Shown one piece after another: positions 13,849 to 27,972 of a DNA stretch of 64,000 bases. Each line of letters opens with the position of its first letter. Position 1 is the stretch's first letter. The position numbers and the translations under genes are program-made. The notes beneath the pieces were generated by a model. It ran no database searches. It was not told the origin of the DNA and saw only the letters and a program-made list of their open reading frames with translations. This DNA comes from Octopus vulgaris (taxonomy: Eukaryota), in NCBI GenBank assembly GCA_951406725.2, contig OX597832.1, positions 46,376,001 through 46,440,000 on the forward strand. Reading direction: 5' to 3'.

Positions 13849-14411
13849 AGTTATGCTACCCCTTAAATACTTTAAATTTTGAATGTTCCAGTATCAATTT
13901 TGCCAGTTATATTTTTTAACTATTTAATCATTCGACGTTCATTCACCGATAGGAATTCAGCGTGTAGAATGTTAAATGAACCTTGCCACAAACAGTATAC
14001 CTTGAAAAAGGAAATTTTATCTGATGCAGTTGAATATGGACTGTTCCTTCATCCCTTAATATTTTCTGAAACGGCCGTAGTTTTTTAACTGATTTTTACT
14101 CTTCATGGTTTTTAACGAACTTTTACCAGCATGATATCTCATATTACTGAACTCTATTTATTCACCCTCGAATACATGTATCTACACACACATACACGGT
14201 TTTCACGTTCTTATATTGTACTTAGTTTACACTTTATATCTTATTATTTTTATATTTTTTATGATTTATTATTAATTATATTTTGAATTTTTAATATACA
14301 CATGTATCCCATCTAAGTCTCATAAATCATTGTAAACACAATTTCGTTTTTGGATGTAAAATACTGACAACTTGAATTATTATCTTCTACAAACTTATAT
14401 ATTGTTTATTG

Positions 14412-14463
<52 letters not shown>

Positions 14464-14584
14464 TAGAGATAAAACCACTATTAGGCAAATCAAACAGTGA
14501 AAATCATAAACCAATACATAGAAATTAATAAAAAATATAAAATTCAAAATTTAAATTTAAAGTTAAAATAAAAAAAATATTCTG

Positions 14585-14659
<75 letters not shown>

Positions 14660-14698
14660 TTATATTATTTCAATTTATTTTTAATTTTTTAATATTTT

Positions 14699-14732
<34 letters not shown>

Positions 14733-15399
14733 GTGCGTGTGTTTTTATTGGCTAAACTGGCAATATGACCATTCCGAATTATAACAATATCTGTTTCAAC
14801 ACACGACTTCACATAAAAAATCTTGCACAACAAATATGTAAACGTATATATATGTATATATATAATCAAAATAATTGATTGTAATCACCCCATTTTGAAT
14901 CATATGGATAATATCATACTAAACTTAACTTAAGTTTAACTTAAGCACCAAATTCAACTGAATCTAAATTTTTACTGAACTCATATATATATATCACATT
15001 TCACATTACTGAAGTACAGTTGACTCTGAAACTCAATCACTAGCCTAACATTCTCTCGATGCTTCGTGCCCATGTGATTGATTTGTGAATATATGTAGTT
15101 ATTGTGACCCGATTAATATCACATACTTCATTTCATATATGTCAGCGCCCCTTCAATGGTGCTAATTAGCAACTTTACTTTTAATTCTGACTCAACGTGC
15201 AATATTCAGTGACTGATGACGTGTCAAACATCAAATTTTGCACTGGCAATTAAAACGCGTAAATAGCATATTACGCATAATGATGAAAACTATCATGCAA
15301 AGAAGTGATGATCGTTCTTGATAGAAAAAAAAATAGATGTGAAAATATTCATTGATAATGTACAACTTTGAAAGCAGAAAAGAATAAAACACATCACAG

Positions 15400-15460
<61 letters not shown>

Positions 15461-15576
15461 ATATATATATAGATAGATATGTATATATATATATAGATAT
15501 ATATAGATATATTATATATATATATATAGATATTTATATATATATACAGGTATATATATATGTATATATATATATA

Positions 15577-15625
<49 letters not shown>

Positions 15626-15645
15626 ATGTATGTATGTACGTATGT

Positions 15646-15675
<30 letters not shown>

Positions 15676-15676
<1 letters not shown>

Positions 15677-15791
15677 CGCAAATCCTTGTTTTGTAGGTGT
15701 ATAAAGAGGGAGGTGGGTAGATATCATATATATTATATCCTCTATATATAGTTATGTAGGACATCAATATAATGTACTAATATGCGCGATG

Positions 15792-15831
<40 letters not shown>

Positions 15832-16069
15832 ATATATATATATAAAAATATATATATATATACATACATACATACATACATATATATATATATTTATATA
15901 TGTGTATGTATGTATGTATGTATACATACACCCACACATATATATATACGCAAATCCTTGTTTTGTAGATGTATAAAGAGGGATGTGGATAGATATCATA
16001 TATATTATATCTTCTATATATAGTTATGTAGGACATCAATATAATGTACTAATGTGCGCGATGTATTAT
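15676..16069. repeat. local direct duplication of ~122 bp (15676-15797, 15948-16069)
   Basis: ACGCAAATCCTTGTTTTGTAG...GCGCGATGTATTAT occurs twice, separated by microsatellite. Confidence 0.92.
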
Positions 16070-16665
16070 TTTTGTCACATATTTGGTTTTAAACATTTAG
16101 AAGAGAGAGAGAGAGAGAGTGTGAGAGGAAGGAAAGTGCTTCTGACATTTTTTTTGTGAGTTTGACAGACATCTTAAAATATGATAAGTTTGCAATTACA
16201 CTTCGTGATGCATTATTATCCCCGTAATTATTATATTTACGAATCTCCATACTGATTTAAAAGCTAAACGCAGTCCCTGTCAGATTTTATTATCGTAATA
16301 AAACTATAAAATGTCAAAGATGTTTTAAAGATGGGAGGTAAATAGATATGAAATATGACGTACACAAAAGCACAGAATATAATTACATCCATATATACAT
16401 AAGTATATACGTGTGTCTATGTTTTCGTATATTTCTACAATATATGTGTATATATATATGTATGTATGTATATACCTATATATATGATATAAATAATATA
16501 TAAATATATGTGTATATACGTATATATACATAGCTACATATATATGTTTATATACATGTATACATGGGTATCAAAAATCCGTAGACAGAATGAGAACCGA
16601 GAACATTAAAAACAAAAACATCGAAAAGGAACTTTTTTTTGAACAACGAAAGAAACGAACAGAGA

Positions 16666-17179
16666 AATGAGACAGGCAACATAAAGAACATTTAAAGAAC
16701 ATTCCCTTCATCAGCTGTCGCCAGTTTTGTCTACTCCGTGTTTCGAAGGTAGGGACAAGAGGCGACTTCGTTAAAACACTCCTTCCCGCAAAGCAAATTA
16801 AATAAAATTTGGGATTTTTTGCGGAGGGTAAAAGTAGTAACAAAAAAAGGACAGTGAGAAGAAAACAAATAAAACAAACGGTTAGGGCTGTTAAGCCAAG
16901 TCGATGTGAAGTGATGAATACTGGAAAAATGAGCTTTGAGAAGAGACGGGTAGAATCGTGCCTTATCTATAGGAAGGAAGTGGAAGAATGAAAAATGGAT
17001 GGCCGTTATCACTTTCAACCACCGCAAGACATCCCCAATTTTAATTAATTTGCTTTGTGGAAAGGACTGTTTTAATGAAGTCGCGTCTTGTCCCTACCTT
17101 CGAAATGCGGAGTAGATAAAACAGGGGACAAATGAGGAAAGGAATGTTCCTTATGTTTTATTTGATGTCCTGTACTCAT
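16666..17179. repeat. foldback element, ~165-bp imperfect inverted arms with ~180-bp spacer
   Basis: TTTCGAAGGTAGGGACAAGAGGCGACTTC at 16741 is the near reverse complement of GAAGTCGCGTCTTGTCCCTACCTTCGAAA at 17077. Confidence 0.88.
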
Positions 17180-17308
17180 ATATGCATGTATATATACGTA
17201 TATATGTGGGTATGTACATATATGTAAGTATATATGCATATATTTATGTATTATTTATATTATTATATGACCAAACGCCACGCTTCCGTTTCGAGGTAAG
17301 TTTTATCC

Positions 17309-17368
<60 letters not shown>

Positions 17369-17465
17369 GTCTATCTATGTATCCATCTATCTATCCATCT
17401 ATCCATCTACCTATCCATCTATCTATGTATGTATCTATCTATCTTTCTACACACACACTCACACA

Positions 17466-17599
<134 letters not shown>

Positions 17600-18820
17600 C
17601 TGTGTGTATTTGTATAGTTGTAGTATGTATGCAGCTAGACAGTTGTTCATCTTCAATAAATATTTTTTCTCCCAAAAATTGTGTATCGTATTCTAAGTTT
17701 GTAATTAAGCGCTGCATTAAATAACTAGTTGAATGAAATATCAACTGTACAATTAAGTAACTTAAATAAAATTTAGGACAAACCCTGTAAGCAAATTTCG
17801 ATTGTTCAATGACATCCGTAATCATTGAACATAAAGTTGTTCATGCGTGTGACTTGGGAGAATTAATGTGATATGTTGATAAAAGCCTAGAGACCGTCTC
17901 GGGAGAATACCTACAGAGAACTGAATTAAAAATTATGATTCTCTTCAAGTCTTTGACGACTAAGTCCACGGTTGATTAGATTCCCCGTCCAGCCTTAAGC
18001 ACCGCGAACTACCACATTCTAAAAACGCCTTAACATCGTAAACATCAATAAGGAAGCCTGTTCCATAGACACACACGGACACAAATCCTTTCAAATGATG
18101 ACAGCGACAAACATTGGGGAATTTCACATGCACTTTTATCCACGAAGGACAAAGCCAGTTTGCCTGTAAGAATATTAATTTATCGATAGGATGTCTGGTT
18201 TATACTATTCAATGCATAAATTTGAAACAGCTGTTTAGAAAAGCTTTTGGTATAAATATTGAATTCCTATAGTGAACTTCAGACAATACTTAATACTTAG
18301 ATGGAATTATGGCTAGCTAATACGGTTCTAAAACACGTTAAATAATTCATCAAATTTCTTCAATAATATTATTTCGCTTGAAATCAATCGCGAGTAGTGT
18401 GTTGAAGTAGTGGGCAATATTTTTCGATGTATGTTATAGATCTTTCTTCTGGACAGTTCTTCAGCTGTAACCTCGAATTGATCAATGACAATTAAGTGGA
18501 ATCTCGTATACAAAAAGAGAAACTGCATGCTGTAGTATACAGAACTATGTATTTCGAGGAATTTTGGAATGATCAATGTATATCTGTGATATCCAGTTGC
18601 ATCTCGCAATTTTTCTAGCTATATTATGTTCGTGTGTATATGTAGGAAAGGTTGAATATATACATTCATATACATTGACATGGGCCTGTGTAAATGCACA
18701 CAAACACACAAACACATACACACAAGCACACACGCTCTCGCATTCAAGCACGCAAATACATAGGCACACATAGATACACAAAACATGCACCAACGGATAC
18801 GTATATATATGTATATATGA

Positions 18821-19130
18821 AGGCTCGTGGCCTGGTGGTTTGTGGCCCGGTTGATTAGGGTTTTTTGCGCTCACGCTCATATCATCGTGGTTTAGATTCT
18901 CATATCAGCCCCGTAGTGTTCTTGAGCAAAATACTTCATGTCACGTTACTCCATTTCACTCAGTAAGTAAATGCCTAAACCTTTTATGGACCAGCCTTCT
19001 GACCAGTGGGAATGTCGGCCTGCTCGCCTAGCTATCAGGATCAGCTTTCGAGAGCTAAAATGATGCGAAATGCATTGTGACCAGCGATGTATAACAATAG
19101 GACATAGTGTAGTCGATACTGTGATACCAT
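18821..19130 (+). mobile_element. degenerate tRNA-derived SINE (family D head, 3' tail shared with 48410-48536)
   Basis: AGGCTCGTGG...TTGAGCAAAATACTTCAT matches 41987; GCATTGTGACCAGCGATGT matches 48473. Confidence 0.7.
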
Positions 19131-19267
19131 GTGGGTTAGCAAGGCAACCGACTGTTTCATGCGAAGGCATCTTTACAATTGCTCAAGCGTGCCACATGCG
19201 AGTGTCGATACACCATTCCATCTTGGATATTACCGTGCACGCGCGCATACACAGAAACACCTACGCA

Positions 19268-19334
<67 letters not shown>

Positions 19335-21506
19335 GTATATATATACAAACACGTACACACACACACATTTACCTATGTGTGTGTGTGTATCTTCCAAGAG
19401 AACTAGAACTAAAAAAGTTACAGAAAGTGAGAGGGACAAATATTGTTCACAGTGAGACAAAAGTAAACATTCTTGTAGGTCTCCAATAGACTAGCATGCC
19501 CTACTTTCTGACTTATTGCACGTTATATCTTCCATATTCTGCAGGAATAATATTTTAATATATTTACTCTCTGTAATGCTGTATGTTATGTATGATCGTC
19601 TGGTTTATATATCTTAGAGATGAATCAAATAGCTTTAATCAATACTATCAGATGTATATATATTTGTTTGTACATCTGTTTGTATCCGTGCCTGTCCGCC
19701 GGAGATTTGGCAGGAGCGACAACTCAGTAGTCTACGTATATAGCTTACGTAACACCGACTTGTTTAAAGTTTGATTTCAAAGATCAGTGGTCGATAATTA
19801 TCTTAACGAATTCCATTATTTCTCTACGTTTTAGTATTTTCCCTGCCAGTAAATAGATATGTCTGCGTATTTCTTTGCAGATGCATTACTATTTGTTTAT
19901 GAATAAGCCAATAGATAACAACTTGCGTCTATACTTCGCAGGTTCCCTGTGACTTTTTGAGAAGACGAATGGAATGCCATTGGTTTACCATTATGTCGAA
20001 TACAAACAAACTCTAAATCTTGCAACATAGTAAATTTTATTGATGGTAGCCATATATTGCTCTCGTCCAGTTGCTTGCATGATAATAGCTACCAACCACG
20101 GGGAGTTACAATATATACCCCTGTGACATAGGAGGTTTTAACCATCGTCTTAAATCTCCGGTTCAATATTCATGACCAGGACGCCACTTAACGCTAACGC
20201 TTTTAATGGGTAACCACACAACGATATTTGCCCCTTGTGTCAGCGTTTGCGTGTATGTGAGTTACGATTTATAGGTCTGAGTGTGCGTACGGTAGGGCGT
20301 GTATATCTGAATGTATATTATGTATGTGTGTGCTAACTCGTTAATGCTAATGAATGTTAATGCTAAATATGTGTGTGAGCTTTGGTTATTGAATCTTTGA
20401 CGTAATGATTGGAGTAAATCACGTTAGAGATTAAGACATTTTGCTGCATTTAATACCATTGAAAATGATTTTGCTTCAAGTATTTACGTAAAAATACTAC
20501 TTCGGTTGCTGTAATATGTTTCCATTGACAAAGAAAATAAATGATTAAATGTTTATTTCAAAGGCTTTGAATGTTAATGTAAAATTATTTTCCGACATTC
20601 AATATAATGCAAAAAAAAACAAAAAAAAACGAAAAAGAAAATTAAAAAGAAAATAAATCTATGAGAGAAATAAATAAAAGGAAAACTATTCAATTTGTTA
20701 CTCTATTTTAAACATTTTCATCTTTGTTTGTCAATTACAGATTTGCCATTTTTTTCTGTCCCTAGCGATAATATATTTTTTCTCTTCTCCATTTCTTACA
20801 TATCGTTTTGCTGTTTTCGATTATATTTTAATGCTAAACTTTGTGAAAGTTCTGGTTGAAGTTATGATAAAATTTGAGATTGTTTCTATTATGACTGAAG
20901 CTATAATATCAATGCACTGAGAATTTCGCCATGAAAAAAGTAACTATATCATATTCACGTTCGGTAGTTGTTTTACCATATACACAACACTCAAGATTTA
21001 TTGGTAGCATTAGGAAAACATTTACAACATTATGCCAGTATTCGATTGTTTTCTACCTTCTTTGTTTTGTAAAATCATTTTGGCATTGGATAAAGACATC
21101 TTAACGTATTCCAATAATCAAATTTCGGCATCGTTGTGACAGTTAAGTATTTTTCTCTTTACAAATACAAAAAATACAAGAATATTTTTGGGTGATTTCA
21201 ACTAAAAGAGACGGATATGAGGAATAGTCGTCATATTAAAATAGTTTCATTGAAAATGTATAACAAATACTTTATGAAGTATGCTATGTAGGGTTCTAGA
21301 AAATTTCATCGTCCTTTCATGTAATGTCTCCGGGGGTTCGAATATCTCGTTGACAATAATGTTATGACGATGTTGGGGCGTACACAAGGGAGTAGAATAG
21401 TATTACCCCGCAAAATATTCAGATATGGTTATCTAGAATAACCTTTTGCAGAATTAATATGTTCACACAGAACGTGTTCCGTATTACATCAAACATAGGT
21501 ACGATA

Positions 21507-21627
21507 TTCTTTTCTACTATAGGCGCAAGGCCCGAAAATTTGGGGTAGGGGCCAGTCGATTATATCGACCCCAGTACGAAAGTGGTATTTAATTCATCGA
21601 CCCTGAAAGGATGAAAGGAAAAGTCGA
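21507..21627 (-). mobile_element. SINE family B, 3' fragment
   Basis: ATCGACCCCAGTAC...TCGACCCTGAAAGGATGAAAGG matches other family B copies. Confidence 0.8.
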
Positions 21628-21778
21628 GGGTTACAAAATTAACTCAGGTGATAGGAAAATAAACCTTCTTCCACGAAAAAATAGCTTAAACTGTGCTGTA
21701 AGTGGAGGTGTAGTCAAATCCTATTTTATGGACTCTACCATGTTCTAAAATAAGTCGAAAAGTAGGCTACTATAACTT

Positions 21779-21804
21779 GGCACGAACTTACCGGACAACC
21801 CAAT
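21779..21804 (-). mobile_element. isolated mariner-type TIR
   Basis: The reverse complement TATTGGGTTGTCCGGTAAGTTCGTGC matches 54440 TATTGGGTTGTCCGGAAAGTTCGTGC, with a TA end. Confidence 0.6.
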
Positions 21805-22721
21805 ATATCTTATTGAAATTCATCAGTTCCTTTTTTGATCTCATGTGTGTGGTCAGGATCTTTCCACATTTCACAAACTATCGAACCATTGAGATAATTT
21901 TTCATTTCATCAACTTAATCAGAACTATCCCTAATTGGTAGTCAGTTTTGTAATTCTTTTATATTTACATATGAATGACATAATAGAAATAGCACCGAAG
22001 TATTCTTCGTTAAACCTGTCGAGAAAATATATACGAGTGTATCTAGGGTGATGTAAAAAAAAACGAATGTATGCAGCTTCATCTGCTTTGATTACAAGGC
22101 TATTGAAACTGCGTTGAGCCTAGCTTAAACAACTACAACTTGCAATAAAATTCATCTTTACTACTCTATACTCATCCAGAATTTGTTCGAGGCTTATGTA
22201 TTATTAAGATAGGAGCCATTCAATAAATATTTTTCACTGCACTAAGCTGTACGAAATTCAATATTTTCTGTTTCATATACCGTAATTGTTACACTACAAT
22301 GCATAAACTCATATATGCAATAAACTAATATGAAATTTTATGCCTTGTGTATTATTATATTTAAAAATTTCCGGTGTATATAAATGCAAAATATTTTCAT
22401 TGAAAAAAGTGAAGTGACCTACAGAAAGTTCTCATAAGGCGATGTACTTTAGATCAGTGATGCATAACTTCTTGGTCCATGATAGTTTTGTACGAAATCC
22501 TTTTCCACCAAAAGCCAGCTATAGAAAACCAGAAATCAATGTTCAAGCACAAATTTAATTAAAGCTAAATAAAATAAAATAAAAAACACAAAACTAATAA
22601 GAAACATGCTCAACGGTTTTCTTCCTGGTATTGTGTGGATGACTTTCCAAACAACCTTAACCTAAATATGCAAATGCTGTAATAAACCAGAAAAACATTT
22701 TTTCGCTCTTGCCTTTACCTG

Positions 22722-22903
22722 AGACAAACGGATTAAGTCGATTATATCGACCCCCAGTGTGTAACTGGTACTTATTTAATCGACTCCGAAACGATGAAAG
22801 GCAAAGACGACCTCGGCGGAATTTGAACTCAGAACATAGCGGCAGACGAAATACGGCTACGCATTTCGCTCGGCGTGCTAAAGTTTCTGCCAGCTCGCTG
22901 CCT
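22722..22903 (-). mobile_element. SINE family B
   Basis: Reverse complement of the 41728 and 60128 copies. GCCTTTACC is repeated at both ends. Confidence 0.87.
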
Positions 22904-23312
22904 TTACCATTGACCCATCTCGTACAACACTCCTTTATACAACCCTATCTGCGCTCAGACCCACAACTTTTGAATATTAATGGAAATATATAAACGTAAT
23001 TTATTCCACACAGAAAATATTACTGCATGAAGAAGGTGGCGAAACAGCCGTAATCCTAAAGGCGTCAAGAGGTTAAACAACTATACGCGAGGACGTGGAA
23101 CAATCTATAGTATTATTGGACGCTCAGGACATGAGGCAATAATTGTCATTCCACATGTTCTCAGCTTTTGTCCCTATATGCGAAACTGAGGCTAAATGCT
23201 TTCTATTACATAACTAGGACAGCAAATGCTCCGTGAATAAATTTGGCAAGCGAAAACCGTGTGGAAGCCTGTAGTATATATATATATGTACGTGTTTGTC
23301 TGTAAATGATTG

Positions 23313-23633
23313 ACAAAGTCGACCGCAGTGGAACTTGAACTCACAACGTAACGGCAGACGAAATACAGCTAAGCATTTCGCCCGGCGTGATAACGTTTCT
23401 TATTTCTTTATTGCCCACAAGGGACTAAACCTAGAGTGGACAAACAAGGACAGACAAACGGCTTAAGTCGCTTACATCGACCCCAGTGCGTAACTGGTGC
23501 TTAATTTATCGACCACCGAAAGGACGAAAGGCAAAGTCAACTCGGCGGAATTTGAACTCTCAACGTATCGGTAGACGAAATACTGCTAAGCATTTAGCCC
23601 GGCGAGATAACGTTTCTGCCAGCTCGCCGCCTT
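23313..23633 (-). mobile_element. SINE family B, dimeric (internal repeat)
   Basis: The ACGAAATAC..CTAAGCATTT.GCCCGGCG.GATAACGTTTCT segment occurs twice, the same organisation as 51293-51840. Confidence 0.85.
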
Positions 23634-24767
23634 CAGAGAGGGGGAATACTGAGAATTTTCGAAAAACAAATTGATAAAGCGAGAGGAAACTTGTAAATTA
23701 AAAACATGTGAACTTGAACAGAATGAAGATATTTAGAAGTGAGATTAATATGAAACCAGTGAAGGATGCAGTGGTGCTGCCCTATTTGCCCGGGTATCGA
23801 ACTTTCTAGTTGAGCTGACACAAAAAAAGATCGAGACCATGGTTTATTTCCAGCAGTTTCACAGCATTACTGTTTCATATGCATATGGTCTGCTACAAAA
23901 AAATTTAGAATACATAAAAATGTGTCCATTTAATACGAATTCCGATTCCCAGCTTATATAGTATTTTTTTTCGAAACTTTTGCGCAACACCCAAAACAGA
24001 AATCCTGGATCACCCACCCCACCTGGAAACGGTTTATTGAACTACAATCACAAATGTTAATTGATACGAGGACTGAAACATTTATCAAGTAGCTGTCTTA
24101 TGCTCAATAGGGAGAGTATATACCAATAAAATTTTCAGCATCGTAAGAAAAAATCTTAAATACATGTAAATTTACAAGCCTGTAAATACGTGTATACAGA
24201 AATGTTTATATATGTATGTGTATATAATTGTGTCTATACTAATCTAAAACACACACACACTCATGTGTATATGTATGAGATGTTGAGTTTGATTGCCGGA
24301 CCGGGCTGTGTGCAGTGTTCTTCAGCAAGACACTTTATTTCATGTAGCTCCAGTTCACTTAGATTTAGAAATGAGTTGTGAGGTCACTGGTGTCAAGCTC
24401 AGTGGCAAACGCCTTTCCCTTGGAGGACATCACTGGCATGGAGGGAGAAGACTGTTGCGCATGAGAGGCTGATGGTCTTCTATAAGAAAAAACTTTGCCC
24501 AGGGTTGTGCCTCGGTGGCACATATATGTATATATGTATGCATGTATGTATGTATGTATGTATGTATGTATGTATGTGTGTATGTATGTGTGTATGTGTG
24601 TGTGTATGTATATATGTATGTATGTGTGTGTGTATGTATGTATGTATGCATGTACATATGTATGTAGGTATGTATGTATGTATGTACGTATGTATGTAGG
24701 TATGTATGTAGGTATGTATGTATGTATGTATGTATGTATGTATGTATGTGTGTATGTATGTATGTAT

Positions 24768-24995
24768 AGTTCCAGGTTCAGTTCCACTGTATTTCAACTT
24801 GGGCAAGTATCTTTAACTATAGCCTTGGGCCCACCAAAACCTTGTGAGTGGATTTGGAAATTGGAAGAAGCCAGGGAAGCTGTAAGAAGCCCGTGCTATA
24901 TATATGCATGCGTGAGTTTGTGTTTTGTGCTTCTGTGTTCGTGTGTTTGTGTGTGTGTGTCAATAGGCATAAATTTGTGTTTGTGTGTATATTAA
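24768..24995 (+). mobile_element. degenerate SINE family A fragment
   Basis: GGTTCAGTTCCACTG...CTTGGGCAAGT...CCTTGTGAGTGGATTTGG. Confidence 0.75.
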
Positions 24996-25121
24996 TGCCG
25001 GCATATGAGCGCATGCATTGATGTGCATATATATTTGTGTGTATAATCCTACATACATAAAGACACATACAGACACACAGAGATAACTACACGTATAATT
25101 GTACATATATGTGTGTATATA

Positions 25122-25226
25122 TCACGACCAGGCAATCAGATGTTGCTACACATCGCTGGTCACAATGCGCTTCGCATTGATTTAACCTTCAAATGACGCC
25201 ATCCCGCTGGCTAAGCGAGCAGGCCA

Positions 25227-25227
<1 letters not shown>
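25122..25227 (-). mobile_element. isolated SINE 3' tail
   Basis: Reverse complement of 48415-48522 (CTCGCTTAGCCAGCGGG...GCATTGTGACCAGCGATGTGTA). Confidence 0.8.
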
Positions 25228-25265
<38 letters not shown>

Positions 25266-25327
25266 TATACATATATATATAGTGAGACAGAGACAGACAA
25301 AGAGGAAGAGTGAGAGAAACCGAAAAG

Positions 25328-25374
<47 letters not shown>

Positions 25375-26692
25375 TAGTTAGATAGATAAATGGACAAATA
25401 GGTATATGCTGTTTCCCTTCTTCTTCACACTTAATTGCAATGGATAAATCCTTCACTAAGACACCAGACACGTCAATTGGCTGAGCAAGAAACGAACCGG
25501 AATGAGAGGAAATCGAGAAAGACATTAGCTGAAGACGCATTATCTCTGACTGGCATTGATTCAATCAGCAACAAAGCTTATAGTCTTCTGCTCTAATACT
25601 ACATCAAGCTGTAGTGGTTATCAATTACCACACCTAGTAATATTAACATTAGTCTTAGTGTTTCATTCATTTGCCCGGTGTCGATATATACACGAGTGTT
25701 CATTTGCCTCAATCTTTCATTTTATATATATATATATCTCCTCTACCGCCATTTTTGTCCTCTTTCCTCTTCGGTCGCTTTCAGATTCACTATTAAAATG
25801 ATTTTAGACACGACACTATTGATATTTACTTAAGCGTTAACTTGATTTGCAATGGCGATCTGAGTGCGTTCAACGCCACGTCAAGCCATTTTCCTTTATA
25901 ACTTCAACCTCCTGGACAGTCATTCAAGCTTGCATTTACTTCGTAATTTTATTCGGAATTCTATTGATCAGTACAGCAAATGGCATTGTCACCGTGTGTG
26001 TGTGTGCATGATTGTGTGTGTGTTTGAGTTTATGTGGGTGTGTATTCATATATGTTCCTTCGTGTTCATTTGTGTGTGAATGATATAGTAATACATAGAC
26101 TCAGTCCTACCATGAAAACTAGGCTCTATGGCGGGACAAAGATGTCTGTGGTTTTTTGTGGTTTTTATGTAGGCATATGTGACTCTGTGTGTGAAGATGA
26201 CTCTCCGTCTCTGACTCTCTCTATCTGCCTATCTCGTTCTCTCTCCCTCTTTATATTTTTATATTTTGGGGACCAGGAATGAGAAAAAGACAATCATCTA
26301 AATATGGATCAAAACCAAACTATGACATGTATCAATGATTTTGCTATGTTCTGTGTAATCGTTACAAAATATAACCATTGACTCACTATGGCAAAATAGG
26401 TACATAGCAAAATAGGTACATAAGTGATTTGATTTAACACAGTTAAAAACGCAGTAACTTTACACAGCAGTGCAAGAAAGGGTAACATACATACGCACCT
26501 AATATACATAGAAGCGATATATCAATGATTGCATATTATATGTATGTATGCGCGCTCATACTTTCATCTTTTTGAACAAGGATGAATGCAATACTAATGT
26601 CTTTTAACGGAAAATAATAGTAGGTATCAGCTGGTTCTGACTGTTTTCAAATTAATTCTTATGATTATTCTCTAGCTTTCCCTTGTGCATGC

Positions 26693-26754
<62 letters not shown>

Positions 26755-26765
26755 GTATATACATA

Positions 26766-26810
<45 letters not shown>

Positions 26811-27275
26811 GCATATGTGTGCTTGAATATATGTGCATATATGTATATATATATACATATGTATATATACATACGCATATATATACATATATACATATAT
26901 ATACATATATATATATATACACACACCCATGAATATATATGCGTGTGTGTGTGCGTGTGTATGTGTTTATGTGTGTGTGTGCGTGTGTGGCACGAAATTG
27001 TTAGGACATCTTGGGTGTTGAATAATGAAGAATTATCTACGAATTTTCCGTTTGTTGTACTTTTGTTAACTTTTTGAAATATTATTCATGTAATGCTACA
27101 TACTCCTTATTATTTTGTTTGCTTTACTCATTTCTAAAATATTCTCGGAATATGTTTCGTGCGACTTCTGTTTCCATTTCTTCTTCTTTCTTCGACTCTC
27201 TTTTGCTTTCCTCCATCTCATTTTCTCTCTCTTTCCGTCCCTAATACTTTCCTCTGTTACTTTTGTCTCTCTATC

Positions 27276-27398
27276 CTCCACGACATTTTCTCTCCTCTCA
27301 CTACCACGTGAACCGTGACCTTGCTCATCTTTTTTCGCGTAACCGTTAACCAGGTCGTTTGCGCTGCCCTGTACTCCTACAATTTACTTACAAAATTT
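27276..27398 (+). repeat. dispersed repeat, second copy at 29513-29637
   Basis: CTCCACGACA...CGTGAACCGTGACCTTGCTCATC...CTACAATTTACTTACAAAATTT. Confidence 0.85.
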
Positions 27399-27752
27399 GC
27401 TTATTTCTACCTTCGTTCTGACTTTCTCTCTCCCCTTCTCTCGTCTCCAGTCCTACGTTTTCCTTGCACTACTCCATATCCGTTAGTACTATGACCACAT
27501 GGTATTTTTTGTTGGATATGTATCATTAATATACTTATTTTATTTTATCGTGTTTGTTTTCGTTATAATCCTGTACGTTTGCAACGCCACCAAAAGTGAA
27601 GAATATCAACTTTAAAGGCGCAAAAATATATATGGATATATTGGAGGTTGACTGTTGAGGAATTAGCAACGAATTTTCTGTTTGTTATGTCTTTGTAAAA
27701 TTCGATATATATATAAATATATCTGTAAATATAATATGTGACAATTATTCGG

Positions 27753-27826
27753 TAGCCAAGATAAAACTCTGAGGTTCGGATACCGAGGTGGAAATCCACA
27801 CCACCATCTCTTCAGGTATCTGGCTA
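27753..27826 (-). ncRNA. hammerhead motif, mutated mirror copy (GAAA>GAAC)
   Basis: Reverse complement of the 27899-27972 motif with A15.1 changed. Confidence 0.6.
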
Positions 27827-27898
27827 TCTGAAAAACGCTATGTTATAACACAGTAATTTCCCTTTGTATAACGGCCTTTTTTCATAGCGTTTTTCAGA

Positions 27899-27972
27899 TG
27901 GCCAAATAACTGAAGAGATGGTGGTGTGGATTTCCACCTCGGCATCCGAAACTCAGAGTTTTATCTTGGCTA
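27899..27972 (+). ncRNA. type-I hammerhead ribozyme motif
   Basis: Helix I TGGCCAAATAA/TTAT(C)TTGGCTA; core CTGAAGA at 27910-27916; helix II GATG..GTGG-ATTT-CCAC..CATC(C); GAAA at 27948-27951; helix III ACTC-A-GAGT. Predicted cleavage after GUU at 27960. Confidence 0.75.

Noticed and set aside
15211-15265. CTGATGA...AAAACGCGTA as a hammerhead
   Set aside because: No G12 and no closing helix II or helix I
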